Below are positions 50,148 through 60,745 of a stretch of 64,000 bases of DNA, piece by piece (position 1 is the first letter of the stretch; each line of letters begins with the position of its first letter). The notes under the pieces are model-generated. The model saw only the letters and a program-made list of their open reading frames with translations, was not told where the DNA came from and searched no databases. Both the position numbers and the translations under genes were made by a program. Where the stretch lies: NCBI GenBank assembly GCA_047404195.1, contig JBDOIU010000010.1:1-64000 (forward strand). The letters are read 5' to 3'. Source of the stretch: Coxiellaceae bacterium. GTDB taxonomy: Bacteria; Pseudomonadota; Gammaproteobacteria; JAJRRL01.

Positions 50148-52637
50148 TTACTCGGTTGACCCTTGATGCTGCGGCTCAGGCGCTTGCGTCTGTTTTTTTG
50201 CATCAGGTTGTGTTGGCTGCTTTGTAGGTGAGCCGCTCAGCGTACGACGTCTTCTGCGTGTTGGTGCTGTTGTCTGAGGTGGTTTAGACGCATCAATGCT
50301 TGTCTGGCTAGCTTGCTCCTGTTTCGCTTTGTCGAGTGCTACTTTTTCTTCTTTTGACAGCGATTTCGGTTTGCTAGCGGCACCATTCTGTGCTGCACTG
50401 AGTGTTTTTCTACGTCGCTTAGGTGCGGCTTGAGTGGCGGCATTGTTAGCGGATGCTGTTTCAGCTATTGGTCGGGCTGTTGATGTGGCTTTGACTGTTG
50501 GCGTTTTTTCAGGTGTGCTGGCTGTGGTTTTCGGTGTGCTGGTTGTGGTTTTCGGTTTGCTGGCTGTGGTTTTCGGTTTGCTTTCTGTGGTTAATTTTGT
50601 CTTGCTGCGCGAGACGGCTTTTGGTGCTGCCAGTTGTTCTGGCTGATTGCTTGATCTTGTTGGCTCACTACGCGCTTGATTGCCCGTATTACGTTGTGGT
50701 TGGCGTCGACCTCCGCGTTTTCCGCGGCGAGTGGCAGCTGCCCCATCTTTGTTCTGTTCATCATCACCGCCACATGTATTTTTTCGCTGGTTTTGTTCAG
50801 GCTTTTTGCGGGGGCTCTGTTTGCTGGTATTGGGCTTATGCTGAGTGGCTTTTTTCTTTTCAGCTGTTGCTGGCTTGTTTTCAGTATCATCGCTTGAGCT
50901 AAACCATCGTTTGGCTAGCCGCTCAAAAAGGCCGCTTTGGTTATCAGAATTGGGTTTCTTGGTCGGCATTGACAAATACTGATTAATCACTGGCTCATCA
51001 AATTCGGACTGGCTTTTATCAGAACATTGCCAGCTCGTGTCAGGCTGTTGTTGTTTGATTCGTTGGTAGCTTGCCATCAGCTTTCCGCTATTGTTCGCAC
51101 CAATTTTTCGTTCAGCTTGTTTCAGTATGTAGTGTGGTGTCTGCAGGTGCTGGTTTGGAATGATGGTGATTTTAGTGTCGTTGTTATGTTCGATATGTTC
51201 TATCTCAGCCCGTTTTTCGTTGCTGAGAAAAGCGCATAGATCCAAAGGGCACTGCACAGTAAAGTGCAGTGGTTGTCCAAGCTTTGCTTGTCTGTCCTGG
51301 ATAGTGTGAATCACAGAGTTGGCAAGTGACTCGACAGAGCGAATAATGCCTTGGCCCTCACAACGTGGGCAGGTGATTTTGCTCATGCGTGTTAATGTTT
51401 TGCGTAGTCGCTGCCTAGACATTTCAAGTAGCCCAAGCCGAGAGATGGATGTCGTTTGAATACGGGCGCGATCTTCTCGCATGGCCTCAGCTAAGCGGTC
51501 TTCAACCGCACGGCGGCTTTTGCTGTGCATCATATCTATGAAATCAATGACAATCAGGCCGCTGAGGTCGCGGAAGCGAATTTGACGCGCAATTTCATCA
51601 GCCGCTTCAAGGTTGGTGTGAAATGCTGTTTCTTCAATATTGCTGCCACGTGTGGAACGAGCAGAGTTAACGTCAATGGTTACCATCGCTTCTGTTTGTT
51701 CTATAACAATAGAGCCACCTGATTTGAGGCTCACATTGTGTTGGTATGCTGTTTCCACTTGTTCTTCTAGCTGGTAGTAGCTGAAAATTGGTGTTGCATG
51801 CTGATAGTGTTGAACTTTGGATACGAAGTCAGGTGCGACGAGCTCAAGGAACTGAACCACTTCATTGAATGTCTTTTCATCATCAATGATGATCTCATTA
51901 ATGTCTTTGCGTAGGTGGTCACGCACTGTGCGTAAAGTCAGATTGCTTTCAGCTCTGATGAGATAGGGGCCAGGTTTGGCAATCGCCGATTTTTTGACAG
52001 CTTCCCAGTAGCGCAGCAGAATAGTCAAATCCCACTGTAGTTCCTCTAGTTCACAACCAATGCCGGCAGTTCTGATAATGACGCTCATGCCATCAGGAAT
52101 ATCTAGTTTATCAAGCTTTTCCTTTAGATCAGTTCGGTCAGCACCCTCAATCTGGCGTGAAACACCACCACCTTTGGAGCTATTGGGCATCAGGACGATG
52201 TATGAGCCAGCCAAGCTGATGAATGTGGTAAAGGCTGCTCCTTTGTTGCCTCGCTCCTCTTTTTCAAGCTGGACAACCAGTTCTTGTCCCGGCTTGATAA
52301 CCCGCTGTAATTCAGCTGCGGTGGGTTGCTTGGATATGCTTTCGGCAGAGTTAAAGTATTCGCTGGATATGTTGCTGAATGGGAGGAAGCCATGTCTGTC
52401 CGCTCCATACGCAATAAAGACTGCACACAGATGTGGGGAAATATCAGTGACAACACATTTATAAATGTTGGACATTTTTTGCTGGTTGCTGCTGCAATTG
52501 CTATCAATATCAAAGTGCCGCAGTTCTGGTGCTGATCCTTGGGCGCCCATGTTGGCAATGGCTACTCGGGTGGTATCCGATTGCGCAGCATTAACGATGA
52601 TCACCTTGTTTACGTTAGCGTTTTCTTTTTTACTCAT
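50148..52637 (-). CDS. rne: ribonuclease E
   Basis: The N-terminal ~500 aa are the catalytic domain (S1 subdomain, ...GFLPFSNISSEYF...). The C-terminal half is a low-complexity R/K/P/T-rich scaffold. Confidence 0.9.
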   Translation of the reverse strand: MSKKENANVNKVIIVNAAQSDTTRVAIANMGAQGSAPELRHFDIDSNCSSNQQKMSNIYKCVVTDISPHLCAVFIAYGADRHGFLPFSNISSEYFNSAESISKQPTAAELQRVIKPGQELVVQLEKEERGNKGAAFTTFISLAGSYIVLMPNSSKGGGVSRQIEGADRTDLKEKLDKLDIPDGMSVIIRTAGIGCELEELQWDLTILLRYWEAVKKSAIAKPGPYLIRAESNLTLRTVRDHLRKDINEIIIDDEKTFNEVVQFLELVAPDFVSKVQHYQHATPIFSYYQLEEQVETAYQHNVSLKSGGSIVIEQTEAMVTIDVNSARSTRGSNIEETAFHTNLEAADEIARQIRFRDLSGLIVIDFIDMMHSKSRRAVEDRLAEAMREDRARIQTTSISRLGLLEMSRQRLRKTLTRMSKITCPRCEGQGIIRSVESLANSVIHTIQDRQAKLGQPLHFTVQCPLDLCAFLSNEKRAEIEHIEHNNDTKITIIPNQHLQTPHYILKQAERKIGANNSGKLMASYQRIKQQQPDTSWQCSDKSQSEFDEPVINQYLSMPTKKPNSDNQSGLFERLAKRWFSSSDDTENKPATAEKKKATQHKPNTSKQSPRKKPEQNQRKNTCGGDDEQNKDGAAATRRGKRGGRRQPQRNTGNQARSEPTRSSNQPEQLAAPKAVSRSKTKLTTESKPKTTASKPKTTTSTPKTTASTPEKTPTVKATSTARPIAETASANNAATQAAPKRRRKTLSAAQNGAASKPKSLSKEEKVALDKAKQEQASQTSIDASKPPQTTAPTRRRRRTLSGSPTKQPTQPDAKKQTQAPEPQHQGSTE
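50512..50592. repeat. 21-bp tandem repeat (about 4 copies) in the rne scaffold-coding region
   Basis: GGTGTGCTGGCTGTGGTTTTC / GGTGTGCTGGTTGTGGTTTTC / GGTTTGCTGGCTGTGGTTTTC... Read on the minus strand this encodes KPKTTAS / KPKTTTS / TPKTTAS heptads. Confidence 0.7.
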
Positions 52638-52986
52638 TGAGGTTCCGTATTGGTTGGCGCTCGACCACGACTGTGTTAGAAGTCTGTAGGTTCGCCGGTC
52701 AAGAGTATCGCTGTATGAGTGATGCCTCTAGACCCTTTAATATGTCTCTTGAACAACCTGCTATGAAGTCGTCTTTTGTGGGAGCGCGGTTAATAAAAAA
52801 AATGAGTTGTGAGTAGTCCTGAAGCACATTGAGAAGGTTCGCTCTCGTAGAAAAACTGCACAGGATCACTTGAATGGCTCATTCATATTAACCTTATCAG
52901 ACTACAGATATATTAGCAAGGTGTTCGCGGTGTGTTGCATCTGTTTTATTTTTCACATTAGAATGATTTTAGTTTTATTGTCCAAA
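52638..52986. promoter_or_regulatory. divergent rne/rluC intergenic region: rne promoter plus a long 5' UTR (likely autoregulatory) and the rluC promoter
   Basis: About 350 bp of non-coding sequence upstream of rne, the same layout as the long structured rne leader in E. coli. Individual hairpins were not resolved by eye. Confidence 0.35.
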
Positions 52987-53925
52987 ATGGATGCAAACAT
53001 GGCTGATGACAAATATACACGCTCGGTTGCAGTGTGTTATGAAGGTCAAAGAATAGACAACTTTGTGTTTAAATATCTCAAAGGGGTTCCTAAGAGCAGA
53101 ATTTATCGTGCCTTCAGGCGTGGTGAAGTGCGTTTGAATGGTGGTCGCGTAAAACCAGCGACCAAATTGCACGCAGGTGATGCTGTCAGGATTCCTCCTT
53201 TGAGAGTGGCGGCTGAAAAAGAGCGCCGATTACCGGATAGTTTGCTGCAAGAAGTCACTGAGTCAGTCATTTTTAAAACAGATTCGCTATTACTGCTCAA
53301 TAAGCCCGTTGGCCTGGCGGTACATGCTGGAAGCGGTGTTGAAGTGGGTGTGGCTGAGGCGGTCGCTGCCTTATACGGTTCAGAATGGCAGCTTGTGCAT
53401 AGGTTGGACAGGCGTGTGAGTGGATGCCTTTTATTTGCCAGGCAGGGTGGGCCTTTGCGACGCTGTAGTGCAGCATTTAGGGGGCGAAATGTTATGAAGC
53501 AGTACCTCATGATTGTCGATGGTGCATGGCAGCATGGTGAATTGTGTGTCAATCAGCCGTTGCGACGCTCGGTGTTGCAGGGCGGCGAGAGAATGGTCAG
53601 CGTTTGCGCTGATGGAAAGCCATCGGTGACTATTTTCACACCTATTTCAGTCGGCGATGATGCTTCTTTGTTGCATGCTCGCTTGGTGACTGGTAGGACA
53701 CATCAGATTCGAGTGCATGCTGCTTTCACGGGGCATCCAATCATAGGGGATGACAAATACGCTGATAAATCAACGGTCAAGCGTTGGTCACGGTCCCTGC
53801 GACAGTCCTTATATTTACATTCTGCTGTGTTGGGTTTGCCTGACCAGAGCTTGAGCTTTTTTGTGGGGGCTCAACTGCCTCAGCACTGGGCTCCTTTGCT
53901 GCAAAAGTTGTCTGGCGCGGCCTAG
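52987..53925 (+). CDS. rluC: 23S rRNA pseudouridine(955/2504/2580) synthase RluC
   Basis: S4 domain (GQRIDNFVFKYLKGVPKSRIYRAFRRGEVRLNG) and RluA-family catalytic motif (HRLDRRVSGCLLFAR). Start at MDANMADD, aligned to E. coli. Confidence 0.85.
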   Translation: MDANMADDKYTRSVAVCYEGQRIDNFVFKYLKGVPKSRIYRAFRRGEVRLNGGRVKPATKLHAGDAVRIPPLRVAAEKERRLPDSLLQEVTESVIFKTDSLLLLNKPVGLAVHAGSGVEVGVAEAVAALYGSEWQLVHRLDRRVSGCLLFARQGGPLRRCSAAFRGRNVMKQYLMIVDGAWQHGELCVNQPLRRSVLQGGERMVSVCADGKPSVTIFTPISVGDDASLLHARLVTGRTHQIRVHAAFTGHPIIGDDKYADKSTVKRWSRSLRQSLYLHSAVLGLPDQSLSFFVGAQLPQHWAPLLQKLSGAA

Positions 53926-53933
53926 TAAAAACG

Positions 53934-53961
53934 AGTTGACATTGGCGCTGTCTGTGGTAAG
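53934..53961 (+). promoter_or_regulatory. candidate sigma70 promoter for the rpmF-plsX-fab operon
   Basis: TTGACA (53934-53939), a 17-nt spacer, then TAAGAT, about 90 nt upstream of rpmF. Confidence 0.45.
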
Positions 53962-54048
53962 ATTCGTGTTCGATGTGTGCGCTTGCCAGTTTTGTTACCA
54001 AGTTGTGCGAATTGTCGACACAGACCTGTACATTTATAGGAGTCTATT

Positions 54049-54246
54049 GTGGCTGTCCAAAAGAATAAAAAAACCCGTTCACGACGAAATATGCGTCGGT
54101 CCCATGATGCGTTAACTGCCAGTCAAACACGTGTTGACCCTCTTTCAGGTGAGCGTCATTTGTCTCATCATGTTACGCCAGCTGGGTACTACAAGGGAAG
54201 ATTAGTTGTACCTAAGAAAGATAGTAATGAGGACGAAGGCGAGTAA
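54049..54246 (+). CDS. rpmF: 50S ribosomal protein L32
   Basis: [22 protein letters not shown]... is the canonical L32. GTG start after a TAGGAG ribosome-binding site. Confidence 0.9.
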   Translation: MAVQKNKKTRSRRNMRRSHDALTASQTRVDPLSGERHLSHHVTPAGYYKGRLVVPKKDSNEDEGE

Positions 54247-54249
54247 GCC

Positions 54250-55290
54250 ATGCTAACTACCGTCGCTCTGGATGTCATGAGTGGTGACTTGGGTCCAAAC
54301 GCTGTTCTGCCAGCCGCAGTGCAGGCATTGGAAAAAGAAGCTAATTTACGTTTGCTTCTAGTTGGTGATGAATCAACCATCAATACGTTTATGACACAAA
54401 AAGCCGCACACTTGTCTGATCGCTGGCACGCGGTCGCTAGTGCGCAAGTTGTTGAGATGGGTGATTCTCCAGCACATGCATTGCGTCACAAAAAACAATC
54501 ATCGATGAGAATTGCAGTCGACCAGGTTAAGCAGGGTCATGCCATGGCTTGTGTGAGCTCAGGCAACACAGGTGCATTGATGGCAACATCTCATTTAGTG
54601 CTTCGAACTATCAAGGGTATCGAGCGACCGGCTATTATTTGTGCATTGCCCACACGGCGCACAGGCGTGATGACTTACGTCCTGGATTTAGGCGCAACTG
54701 TGGATACATCGGCGGATCAGCTATATCAATTTGCTGTCATGGGTTCTGTATTTGCGGCTGTTTCTACAGGTAATGAGCACCCACGTGTTGGTCTTCTTAA
54801 TGTTGGTGTAGAAGATATTAAAGGAAATGAAGTCGTTAAGCGCTGCAAGGGGTTGCTCGATCAGTGCCAGTTGCTCAACTTTGAAGGTTATGCTGAGGCC
54901 GATCAGATTTTTTCAGGTGATTTTGATGTCATCGTTTGTGATGGGTTTGTTGGGAACGTTGCTTTGAAGTCTATCGAAGGTGTTCTCAAAATGGCTGGAT
55001 ATCATATCAAGCGTACCATTAAAAGTTCTATATTGACTCGCTTGTTGGCGTTGCTGTCATATCCTTTGTTTAGGAAGGTGAGGCGTGTGATGGAACCCGA
55101 TCGCTACAATGGTGCCGTATTACTTGGACTCAATGGTGTTGTTGTGAAGAGTCATGGTGGAGCGAGCGCGATTGCAATGCAGCACGCTATTCGATCAGCA
55201 TACCAGCTCGCTCAGAAACGTGTTCCGTTGATGATTGGCGAGCAAGTGGCCACCATATTAAAGGAGAGTGCGCACCATGAACAGGTATAG
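54250..55290 (+). CDS. plsX: phosphate acyltransferase PlsX
   Basis: [10 protein letters not shown]...VGNV, and the rpmF-plsX-fabH synteny. Confidence 0.9.
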   Translation: MLTTVALDVMSGDLGPNAVLPAAVQALEKEANLRLLLVGDESTINTFMTQKAAHLSDRWHAVASAQVVEMGDSPAHALRHKKQSSMRIAVDQVKQGHAMACVSSGNTGALMATSHLVLRTIKGIERPAIICALPTRRTGVMTYVLDLGATVDTSADQLYQFAVMGSVFAAVSTGNEHPRVGLLNVGVEDIKGNEVVKRCKGLLDQCQLLNFEGYAEADQIFSGDFDVIVCDGFVGNVALKSIEGVLKMAGYHIKRTIKSSILTRLLALLSYPLFRKVRRVMEPDRYNGAVLLGLNGVVVKSHGGASAIAMQHAIRSAYQLAQKRVPLMIGEQVATILKESAHHEQV

Positions 55291-56236
55291 CCAAATAATC
55301 GGTACTGGTAGCTATCTGCCAGAGCGGATTCTTACCAATCATGAGATTGCTGAGAAAACCGATACGTCAGATGAATGGATTCGAAAACGTGTCGGCGTTG
55401 TAGAGCGACGTATTATTGGTGAGAGTGGTGACACAACCACGACCATGTCCTACGAAGCGGCAAAAGCTGCTTTGGCTGCAGCTGATTTAGATGCATCTGA
55501 GCTGGATATGATTGTTGTCGGCACTGCAACAGCAGATAATTATTTTCCATCTACTGCTTGTGTTGTCAGTCGCTTGTTGGGTATTGAGCATGATTGTCCT
55601 GCGTTTGATTTGAATGCGGCTTGCTCGGGATTCATTTACGCATTGAGTATTGCAGATAATTTCATTAAAACGGGATTGCGCAATGTGCTGGTTATTGGTG
55701 TGGATTCACTCACAAAGCTGGTAGATTGGACCGATCGCTCAACCTGCGTTTTATTTGGTGATGGTGCAGGTGCAGTTGTGCTGCAAGCGAATGAAGAGCG
55801 CGGTATTGTGAAAACAGTCCTACATGCAAATGGCAAGTATGACACTGCTATCCAAGCACAAAACCCCATTTGGAATCATGAAGCCCCAATGTATTTAACC
55901 ATGCGTGGTAATGAGGTGTTTCGAATTGCAGTGACCAAATTGGGTGAAATTGTAGATGAGGTATTGGCTTTGTCGGGTTTTGATAAATCTGACATTGACT
56001 GGTTGATCCCGCATCAGGCAAACCTTCGTATTATTCAGGCGACAGCCAAGCGTTTGGGCTTGTCAATGGATCAAGTTGTTTTGACGGTTGATCGACATGG
56101 TAATACATCTGCTGCGTCTATACCACTCGCATTAGACCATGCTGTGCGATCTGGAGACGTTAAACGTGGGCAACGTCTTTTATTAGAAGCATTTGGTGCC
56201 GGCCTTGCATGGGGTGCGGCGATTGTTGATTACTAG
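55277..56236 (+). CDS. fabH: 3-oxoacyl-ACP synthase III
   Basis: [21 protein letters not shown]...DEWI is the FabH N-terminus; catalytic Cys in AACSGF. Confidence 0.9.
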   Translation: MNRYSQIIGTGSYLPERILTNHEIAEKTDTSDEWIRKRVGVVERRIIGESGDTTTTMSYEAAKAALAAADLDASELDMIVVGTATADNYFPSTACVVSRLLGIEHDCPAFDLNAACSGFIYALSIADNFIKTGLRNVLVIGVDSLTKLVDWTDRSTCVLFGDGAGAVVLQANEERGIVKTVLHANGKYDTAIQAQNPIWNHEAPMYLTMRGNEVFRIAVTKLGEIVDEVLALSGFDKSDIDWLIPHQANLRIIQATAKRLGLSMDQVVLTVDRHGNTSAASIPLALDHAVRSGDVKRGQRLLLEAFGAGLAWGAAIVDY

Positions 56237-56248
56237 TTTGGAGGTCAT

Positions 56249-57169
56249 ATGACGCTTGCCATGCTTTTTCCTGGCCAGGGTTCCCAGTCTGTTGGTATGC
56301 TTGGTGAATATGCGGAGCATCCCATTGTGTTGGATCATTTTCAGCGAGCCAGTGATTGTTTAGGGTATGATTTACATGCCATGGTGACAGCGGGTGAGGC
56401 TGCTGTACTGAATCAAACTGTGCATGCACAGCCAGCATTGCTTGTTACTTCTGTTGCTTTTTATGCATTATGGTGTGCGCAGTCATTACCATTACCCAGT
56501 ATCATGGCCGGTCACAGTTTAGGTGAGTTTTCAGCGCTCACCTGTGCTGGTGCAATCACATTCGAAGAAGCTGTGCGGTTAGTGAGTGTGCGTGGGCAAT
56601 GCATGCAGTCAGCTGCTACTCGTCAGGGTGGTATGCAGGCAATTGTTGGGTTGGATGATCAAGCAGTTATTGATTTGTGTTCTGCTTATGCTGGTGAGGG
56701 TGTCGTCACTGCAGCAAACTTTAATTCACCGGGGCAAGTGGTCATCTCTGGCGATCTTCAGGCTGTTGAAACCGTTGGGCAATCTGCTAAAGCAGCGGGT
56801 GCCAAAATGGTTGTGGCATTGCCGGTCAGTGTGGCATCACATTGTGATTTAATGGCGCCAGCTGTAGCACCTTTTGCTGAAGCTTTGCGGACCGTGAATT
56901 GGCAAGCCCCATCTATCCCGGTTGTACATAATGCTGATTTACAAAGTCATGCTTCTGCAGATGCAATATGCGAAGTGCTTTTAAAACAACTTACAGCGCC
57001 AGTCAGATGGACCGAGACCATTCAGCTTTTGAGTGAGCGTGGTGTAACAGAGTGGGTTGAGTGTGGTGCTGGCCAAGTATTGTCTCGTTTGTGTAAGCGC
57101 TTTAAGCCACCATTGAAAGCACTGGCTTTTGCGAAAGCTGAACCGGCATATCGTGCGGCGCAAGTTTAG
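56249..57169 (+). CDS. fabD: ACP S-malonyltransferase
   Basis: LFPGQGSQ...GHSLGEFSAL, the active-site Ser motif. Confidence 0.9.
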   Translation: MTLAMLFPGQGSQSVGMLGEYAEHPIVLDHFQRASDCLGYDLHAMVTAGEAAVLNQTVHAQPALLVTSVAFYALWCAQSLPLPSIMAGHSLGEFSALTCAGAITFEEAVRLVSVRGQCMQSAATRQGGMQAIVGLDDQAVIDLCSAYAGEGVVTAANFNSPGQVVISGDLQAVETVGQSAKAAGAKMVVALPVSVASHCDLMAPAVAPFAEALRTVNWQAPSIPVVHNADLQSHASADAICEVLLKQLTAPVRWTETIQLLSERGVTEWVECGAGQVLSRLCKRFKPPLKALAFAKAEPAYRAAQV

Positions 57170-57179
57170 GAGAGATGTA

Positions 57180-57924
57180 ATGACAGTTGATAAAAAAGTT
57201 GTGTTAGTAACCGGTGCCTCGAGAGGGATTGGTGCAAAGATTGCAGATCAAATGGTTGAGGCTGGTTACTTTGTTGTGGGGACAGCCACAACGGCGTCTG
57301 GTGCTGAGAAAATTACAGCGCGCTTACAGACCTTGGGTGCTGGTAGCGGTATGGCGCTGAATGTGTGCCATGAAGATGCCATTGATCAGGTGTTAAAAGA
57401 CATTACAAGTGAGTACGGCCCAATAGCCATTTTGGTGAATAATGCTGGTATTGTACGGGACAATTTAATGTTACGTATGTCTGATGCGCAGTGGGATGAT
57501 GTTTATCAAACCAATTGCCATGCTGTTTTTCGCTTAACAAAAAAATGTTTACGTAGCATGATTAAGCAGCGATTCGGGCGTATTGTTAATATTTCGTCCG
57601 TTGTTGGTACCACAGGCAACCCGGGGCAGGTTAATTATTGTGCAATGAAGGCGGCTGTTGGTGGATTTACTCGCTCTCTAGCGCAAGAGGTGGCAACACG
57701 CAATGTGACAGTGAATGCTGTTGCTCCTGGATTTATTGCCACAGAAATGACAGAAGCATTGACCGATGAGCAAAAAAGAAGCTATTTTTGGTCAAATTCC
57801 TATGCGTCGCATGGGCGAAGCTGCTGAAATAGCCAGTATTGTACGATTTTTGGCTTCAGATGAGGCAGCGTATATTACTGGTCAAACACTGCATGTGAAT
57901 GGCGGAATGTACATGTCGCAGTAG
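57180..57924 (+). pseudogene. fabG: 3-oxoacyl-ACP reductase FabG, with the reading frame broken by a +1 frameshift in an A6 homopolymer (57772-57777). Either a true pseudogene or a sequencing/assembly error.
   Basis: Frame 0 gives MTVDKKVVLVTGASRGIG...[21 protein letters not shown] and then runs into ...[16 protein letters not shown] at 57827. The +1 frame continues with [48 protein letters not shown] (stop at 57922-57924), which is the conserved FabG C-terminus. Deleting one A from CAAAAAAG restores a 247-aa FabG. Confidence 0.6.
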
Positions 57925-58001
57925 GTCAGTACCACATAAGGTTTGCATGCGCAGATCGACATGGTATGATAAATCACACAACCCACAGGAGGGCAATTAT
58001 T

Positions 58002-58247
58002 ATGCAAAACATCGACACTCGTGTTAAAAGAATTGTTGTTGAGCAACTTGGCGTCAGCGAAGATGAAATCACAAATGAGTCATCATTTGTTGATGATCTG
58101 GGTGCTGATTCACTTGACACAGTAGAGTTAGTGATGGCTTTTGAAGAAGAGTTTGGCACAGAGATTTCTGATGATCAGGCTGAAAAGATCAATACCATCC
58201 AAAATGCAATTGACTACATCTCTGCACACTCTGCAGAGCAAGAGTAA
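58002..58247 (+). CDS. acpP: acyl carrier protein
   Basis: [18 protein letters not shown]...[21 protein letters not shown] carries the phosphopantetheine Ser in DSLD. Start at the internal M of the track ORF. Confidence 0.9.
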   Translation: MQNIDTRVKRIVVEQLGVSEDEITNESSFVDDLGADSLDTVELVMAFEEEFGTEISDDQAEKINTIQNAIDYISAHSAEQE

Positions 58248-58278
58248 CTTGTATTGTATTTGATGACGGGGGCGAAAA

Positions 58279-59517
58279 ATGACTAACCGTGTCGTGGTGA
58301 CTGGATTGGGTGTTTTAAGCCCCTTAGGTAATGATACTGCCACTACGTGGCAAAATATTTTGGCTGGCCAGAGTGGTGTGGGTCCAATCACGCGCTTTGA
58401 TGCCAGCGAGTTTCCTGTTCGCATTGCTGCTGAAGTGAAGAACTTTGACGCGACGCTCGCTTTAGAGAAAAAAGAAGCGCGTAAGCTTGCATTGTTTATT
58501 CAGTTTGCTGCTGAAGCCTCACGTCAGGCTATTGCGGATGCTGAATTGATCGTCAATGAAGACAATGCTCACCGTATTGGTGTGGCAATTGGTTCTGGCA
58601 TTGGTGGTTTTCAGGATATCGTAGACGCACATGATGCGATGAAAGCGGGTGGACCTAGGAAAGTATCTCCTTTCTTTATCCCAGGTGCTATCATCAATAT
58701 GGCGCCAGGTATTGTTGCCATGAAACATGGCCTGAAGGGACCTAATTATTCAGTTGTCACTGCATGTGCGACCGGTGCGCATAATTTGGGGCTGGCGTAT
58801 CGTGCTATTCAAAATGGTGAAGCCGATATTATGGTTGCTGGCGGTGCAGAAATGTGTACTACAGCGCTTGCCATTTCTGGTTTTGCTGCCTGTCGTGCTT
58901 TATCACGCAACAATGAGGGTATGACTGAGGCATCACGGCCTTGGGATATGCAGCGTGATGGTTTTGTGTTGGGTGAAGGTGCTGGTGTGATGGTGTTAGA
59001 GTCATTGCAGTCTGCACAGGCGCGTGGTGCAAATATCATTGCAGAGTTAACCGGATTTGGTATGAGCGGTGATGCTTATCACATGACAGCACCTGAACCA
59101 AATGGTGTTGGTTTCTGCGCATCAATGCGCTCAGCAGTGGCAGACGCAGCAATTGATGTCAATGAAATTGATTACGTGAATGCGCATGGTACATCGACAA
59201 TGGCTGATTACATAGAAGCAAACGCAGTTGCTGAGGTCATGGGTGGCCACATGAAATCCGTTGCAATCAGCTCAACCAAATCTATGACTGGGCACATGTT
59301 GGGTGCAACTGGCGCTGTAGAAGCCATCTTTTCTGTATTGGCAATGCGCGATCAAGTGGCACCACCAACAATTAACTGTCATGAAACGGATCCAGCAGTT
59401 GACTATGATTTTGTACCAAACAAAGCGAAGCCTATGAATATACGTTCAGTGTTAACCAACTCTTTCGGGTTTGGTGGATCAAATACCACGCTGATATTTA
59501 GTCCGCTCAAGGACTGA
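58279..59517 (+). CDS. fabF: 3-oxoacyl-ACP synthase II
   Basis: 412 aa, KAS II: active-site Cys in TACATGAH, plus the HGTST and GHMLGA motifs. Confidence 0.9.
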   Translation: MTNRVVVTGLGVLSPLGNDTATTWQNILAGQSGVGPITRFDASEFPVRIAAEVKNFDATLALEKKEARKLALFIQFAAEASRQAIADAELIVNEDNAHRIGVAIGSGIGGFQDIVDAHDAMKAGGPRKVSPFFIPGAIINMAPGIVAMKHGLKGPNYSVVTACATGAHNLGLAYRAIQNGEADIMVAGGAEMCTTALAISGFAACRALSRNNEGMTEASRPWDMQRDGFVLGEGAGVMVLESLQSAQARGANIIAELTGFGMSGDAYHMTAPEPNGVGFCASMRSAVADAAIDVNEIDYVNAHGTSTMADYIEANAVAEVMGGHMKSVAISSTKSMTGHMLGATGAVEAIFSVLAMRDQVAPPTINCHETDPAVDYDFVPNKAKPMNIRSVLTNSFGFGGSNTTLIFSPLKD

Positions 59518-59558
59518 TAGCGTGACCAGATAATTCTGGTAATGGCAAGGGAGTATGG

Positions 59559-60707
59559 ATGATGCTATGGCGCCGTGCAGTTTATGCTTTTCTTGCATTG
59601 TCATCATTGTTATTTTACTTGCACTGGCAATATCAATATTGGTTACAAACGCCTCTTAGTTGTGAGCGGCAGTGCGTCTTATCTCTCTCTCAGCAAGCAA
59701 TGGGTCGTCAGCAACTGATGCATTTTTTTGTGCGCCACAGTGCAGTGAAATCTCCCCGCTTAGCAAGCTTTGTATTGCGCTTCACATTGCCGCAGTGGCG
59801 TAATGGTACGTATTATTTTGTGCCGGGTGACCAGGTGGCAACAGTGTTGCATGTTGTGAAGGTGGGGCCACCAAAACAACGGCGCATCACCTTTCCTGAG
59901 GGTTGGACCTTGTCTCAGTTATTGAAAGCAGTTGCTGCTGCCCCAGGTTTACAGCATTCACTGGCGGCTACGCCTAGAGCTTCTTTGATGCAGTCACTGG
60001 GTTTAAAAAAGGGACCGGCTGAGGGGTTGTTTTTTCCAGACACGTACTTTTATCACTATCAATCGAGTGATCGAGACCTATTACGTTTGGCTTACAGAAC
60101 AATGCAGCGCATTTTGCAAAAAGAATGGCAATCGCGTGTTAAAGGTTTGCCTTATCGGTCTGCCTATGAAGCCTTGATTGCGGCATCTTTGATAGAGCGA
60201 GAAACACATATATCCAATGAGCGTCAGCGTGTTGCTGAGGTGATAATCAATCGTTTACGCCGCGGCATGCGTTTGCAAATTGATGCCAGTGTTGTGTACG
60301 GTTTAGCACTTCCATATGGTACGAGAGTGACTTATCGCATGTTAAAACAGAATTCAGCATACAATACTTATCGCCAGTCAGGTTTGCCACCAACGCCAAT
60401 ATGTCTACCATCAAAAGCGTCAATTCATGCAGCCATGCACCCAACCACCGGCTCAGCGTTATACTATGTGCTACAGCCGGATGGCACGCACCGTTTTTCA
60501 CGGAGTTATGATCAGCATCTGCGTGGTGTCAAGCGCTACCGGCGCTCACAAAAGCGCAAGCAGCCAGTTATTCGGCAGAGATCTGCATGTTGGCCAGCAG
60601 CTTCACTGATGATTTTGCAGGTTATGCGAGAGACACCATGGCAAGTGTTCTGGTCTGACTTATCCTTGTACAGAATGAGTCAGCGTTGTTGGGCAAAAAA
60701 GCGCTGA
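59559..60707 (+). CDS. mltG: endolytic murein transglycosylase MltG (YceG-like)
   Basis: N-terminal TM. ...AEVIINRLRRGMRLQIDASVVYGL...AYNTYRQSGLPPTPI matches the YceG core; synteny fabF-mltG-tmk. Confidence 0.8.
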   Translation: MMLWRRAVYAFLALSSLLFYLHWQYQYWLQTPLSCERQCVLSLSQQAMGRQQLMHFFVRHSAVKSPRLASFVLRFTLPQWRNGTYYFVPGDQVATVLHVVKVGPPKQRRITFPEGWTLSQLLKAVAAAPGLQHSLAATPRASLMQSLGLKKGPAEGLFFPDTYFYHYQSSDRDLLRLAYRTMQRILQKEWQSRVKGLPYRSAYEALIAASLIERETHISNERQRVAEVIINRLRRGMRLQIDASVVYGLALPYGTRVTYRMLKQNSAYNTYRQSGLPPTPICLPSKASIHAAMHPTTGSALYYVLQPDGTHRFSRSYDQHLRGVKRYRRSQKRKQPVIRQRSACWPAASLMILQVMRETPWQVFWSDLSLYRMSQRCWAKKR

Positions 60708-60745
60708 ACATGGTATAATAATACGAGTTTTGGAGGATCAGTGTC

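Noticed and set aside
50434-50902. Several plus-strand ORFs (70-134 aa) inside rne
   Set aside because: Antisense to the rne scaffold region; the repetitive G/T-rich DNA gives long spurious frames.
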